In this document: one piece after another, positions 61,300-64,000 of the stretch
How positions within the stretch are numbered: position 1 is the stretch's first letter
Layout of the letters: each line of letters begins with the position of its first letter
Source of the DNA: the human T2T-CHM13v2.0 reference genome, Homo sapiens
Reading direction: 5' to 3' (one strand)
Assembly (NCBI RefSeq): GCF_009914755.1
Contig: NC_060932.1
DNA: 64,000 nucleotides
Made by a program: the position numbers and the translations under genes
Notes under the pieces: generated by a model
Told to the model about the DNA's origin: nothing
What the model saw: only the letters and a program-made list of their open reading frames with translations
The model's database searches: none

Positions 61300-61431
61300 T
61301 GAGGTGGGGGAAGGGAAGTGAGGCAGGGAAGACAGAAACAAATACAAAGTTGTGTGTTACCGAGGTGGCTACAGGGTCACAAAAAAACACAGCCAGTTGT
61401 TTAGTCACACAGGAAGTCTCCAGAAAGACCA

Positions 61432-61786
61432 TACTATGGTCTAAATGCTTGTGTCCCCCCAAAACATATGTGTTGACATCTTAAGCCCCAAGGTGATGGT
61501 GTGGAGAGGCCTTCTGGGAGGTGATTAGGTCATGAGGGAGGGGCCCTCATGAATGGGATTCGTGTCCTTATAAGATACCCCAGAGAGCTCATTGGCCCCT
61601 TCTGCCATGTGAGAACACAGTGACAGGACAACCATCTGTGAACCAGGAAGCAGGCTGTCACAAACGCTGGATGTGCCAGAACCTCAATCCTGGATTCTGG
61701 CCTCCAGAACTGAGAAATACATTTCCATTGTTTATGAGCCACCCAGACTATGGTATTTTGTTATAGCAGCCAAACCAACTCAGACA
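61432..61786 (+). mobile_element. MLT1A0 MaLR solo LTR
   Basis: tactatggtctaaatgcttgtgtcccccc ... gttatagcagccaaaccaactcagaca; TSD gacca/gtcca. Confidence 0.88.
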
Positions 61787-62571
61787 GTCCACATGCAGCC
61801 ATGGCACCTTACACAGCCCAGGAGAGCCAGACAAAGTGAGTCATGTATTTCCTGGCTCTTTCCTGTCTCTTGTCCCTTCTTGGTCAAAGTTCACCCCATA
61901 GGATGTTAAAATTCCCTACACTTCCCAGTGGCGTTCCCCACCTCCTCCGGGCAGCCACTGGGGAAACCATGTCCTATGGCAAGTGGTCAGGTCGCCCAGC
62001 TCGGAGCTGTCGTGGCTATCCCCACAGCAGACATCACGGAGGCTTCACCAAGGTCTGGCCCTCGCTGGGGAGGCTGAGACAGATGGCAGTGTTAGGAGGC
62101 AAGGTGACAGAGAAAGCAGCTGGGGTTCTCTGCTGATCAGACAGCCAAGAACCAGAGGGAAGGTGAGACTAAGCAGATCGGGGCAGAATAGAAACTGGAT
62201 CTGGGGAAGATGTACACACAGATGAAAACCTACTCATTGGGGTGCATGGTTATATTTGAATTGTGCATGGGTATGTATACATTTGATGTTACACGCATTG
62301 GCTCAGACTTTCTTATTTGTCCCTGAGCACAGAGCTGAGCCGCCCTGCATGGAGGCTTAGGAGAGGGGTTCTGAAGCTCTCAGCAGCCTTGTCTCGTGGA
62401 GCCACCCTTCTCCCTCGGGGGAATGCTACCTTCCTGGAAACTTAATATTGCTAATTCCATTGTCTGATTTCATATCATGATGTCACCAAGAAAACAGGAA
62501 AACGGGAGCTGACTCAGGATGCTGATACAACCTGGACCTGAACCACACCTACCATGCTCTGGTGCTGAGAT

Positions 62572-62813
62572 AGCCCTCAGAGTTGCCCCAGATGGAGGCA
62601 AGGGGCCAGGCCTCTGTATTCCTGTATCAGCCGGTCACTGTCAAACCAACCCCTGAGAGGGATGTGAGGGAACAGCCTTGGAAGAAACAGTTCCCCATTG
62701 CCAAGAGCAAATCCCAGCTCTGAGCCACTTGCAACCAATATTCCCAGGAGCCTGGGGATGGGTGCATCAAGCCCACAAACAGAATCTGGTGGAATGCCAC
62801 AGTAGCCACTGCA
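62572..62813 (-). mobile_element. LTR16-like ERVL LTR fragment
   Basis: cctcagagttgcccc...gaggcaaggggccaggcct...ctggggatgggtgcatca...gccacagtagccactgca. Confidence 0.65.
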
Positions 62814-62862
62814 GTTGGCCACCATCTTGGCTAAACTTCCTATGTTAAGAATGACAACTTTG

Positions 62863-63215
<353 letters not shown>

Positions 63216-63577
63216 TCAGCCTAGACTTTTACCTCAGGGTCAAAAAGTCTTCCAATTAGGCATCACAGAAGATTCCCTAGAAGTGGCTTGATTGATCACA
63301 TGAGGTTTCCCTCTGAGCTCAGTTGACTTCCTGATTCGCTAGAGCTACAGGGACAGGAGCACAGATAACCCCAATTTCCAAAAACATTTTCTGTTACAAA
63401 TAATCCAAAATACAGGTTGTACTTCCGTAGCCACTATTCCTGGATTTGGTTGTACCTCCCGGAGCAAAGGGACAAACCCAGCAATTTGCCCCAGGCCAAG
63501 AACACTCCGTTCCTCTCGTTTCCCTAAATCTGAAGGCACTAGTAAAATAAAATAAAATAAAACAACCATACTCCTAG

Positions 63578-63951
<374 letters not shown>

Positions 63952-64000
63952 CCCACACCTACCCTTTATCCTTGCTCCTACAGTCCATGCTGGAACAAAG

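Overview
Human genomic DNA: there are about 35 Alu pieces, and an AluYb8 insertion, a human-specific subfamily, fixes the species. The window is non-coding, intergenic or deep-intronic. I recognise no host protein-coding exon, RNA gene, CpG-island promoter or CRISPR-like array, and I cannot name the locus. Very roughly half of it is recognisable transposon debris: Alus (J/S/Y), a 3.76-kb 5'-truncated dead L1PA3/4-like element that explains every ORF over 210 aa, old L1M/HAL1/L2/MIR pieces, many solo LTRs (THE1, MST, MLT1, MLT2, LTR47/33/16-like) and DNA-transposon MITEs (MER5, MER20, MER63, MADE2). Subfamily names are from recall of consensus sequences, not a search. I found no convincing new biological system. 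The best leads are: (1) a well-formed expanded-spacer REST/RE1 site at 56870-56896, about 300 bp from the AluYb8; (2) a CpG-retaining non-Alu patch with abutting TEAD and AP-1 motifs at about 8.7-9.25 kb; (3) a head-to-head inverted Alu fusion at 1241-1633 and a tightly inverted Alu triplet at 20.6-21.4 kb; (4) a recent 110-bp tandem duplication at 54707-54928; (5) a few repeat-free, enhancer-like blocks and possible non-coding exons.
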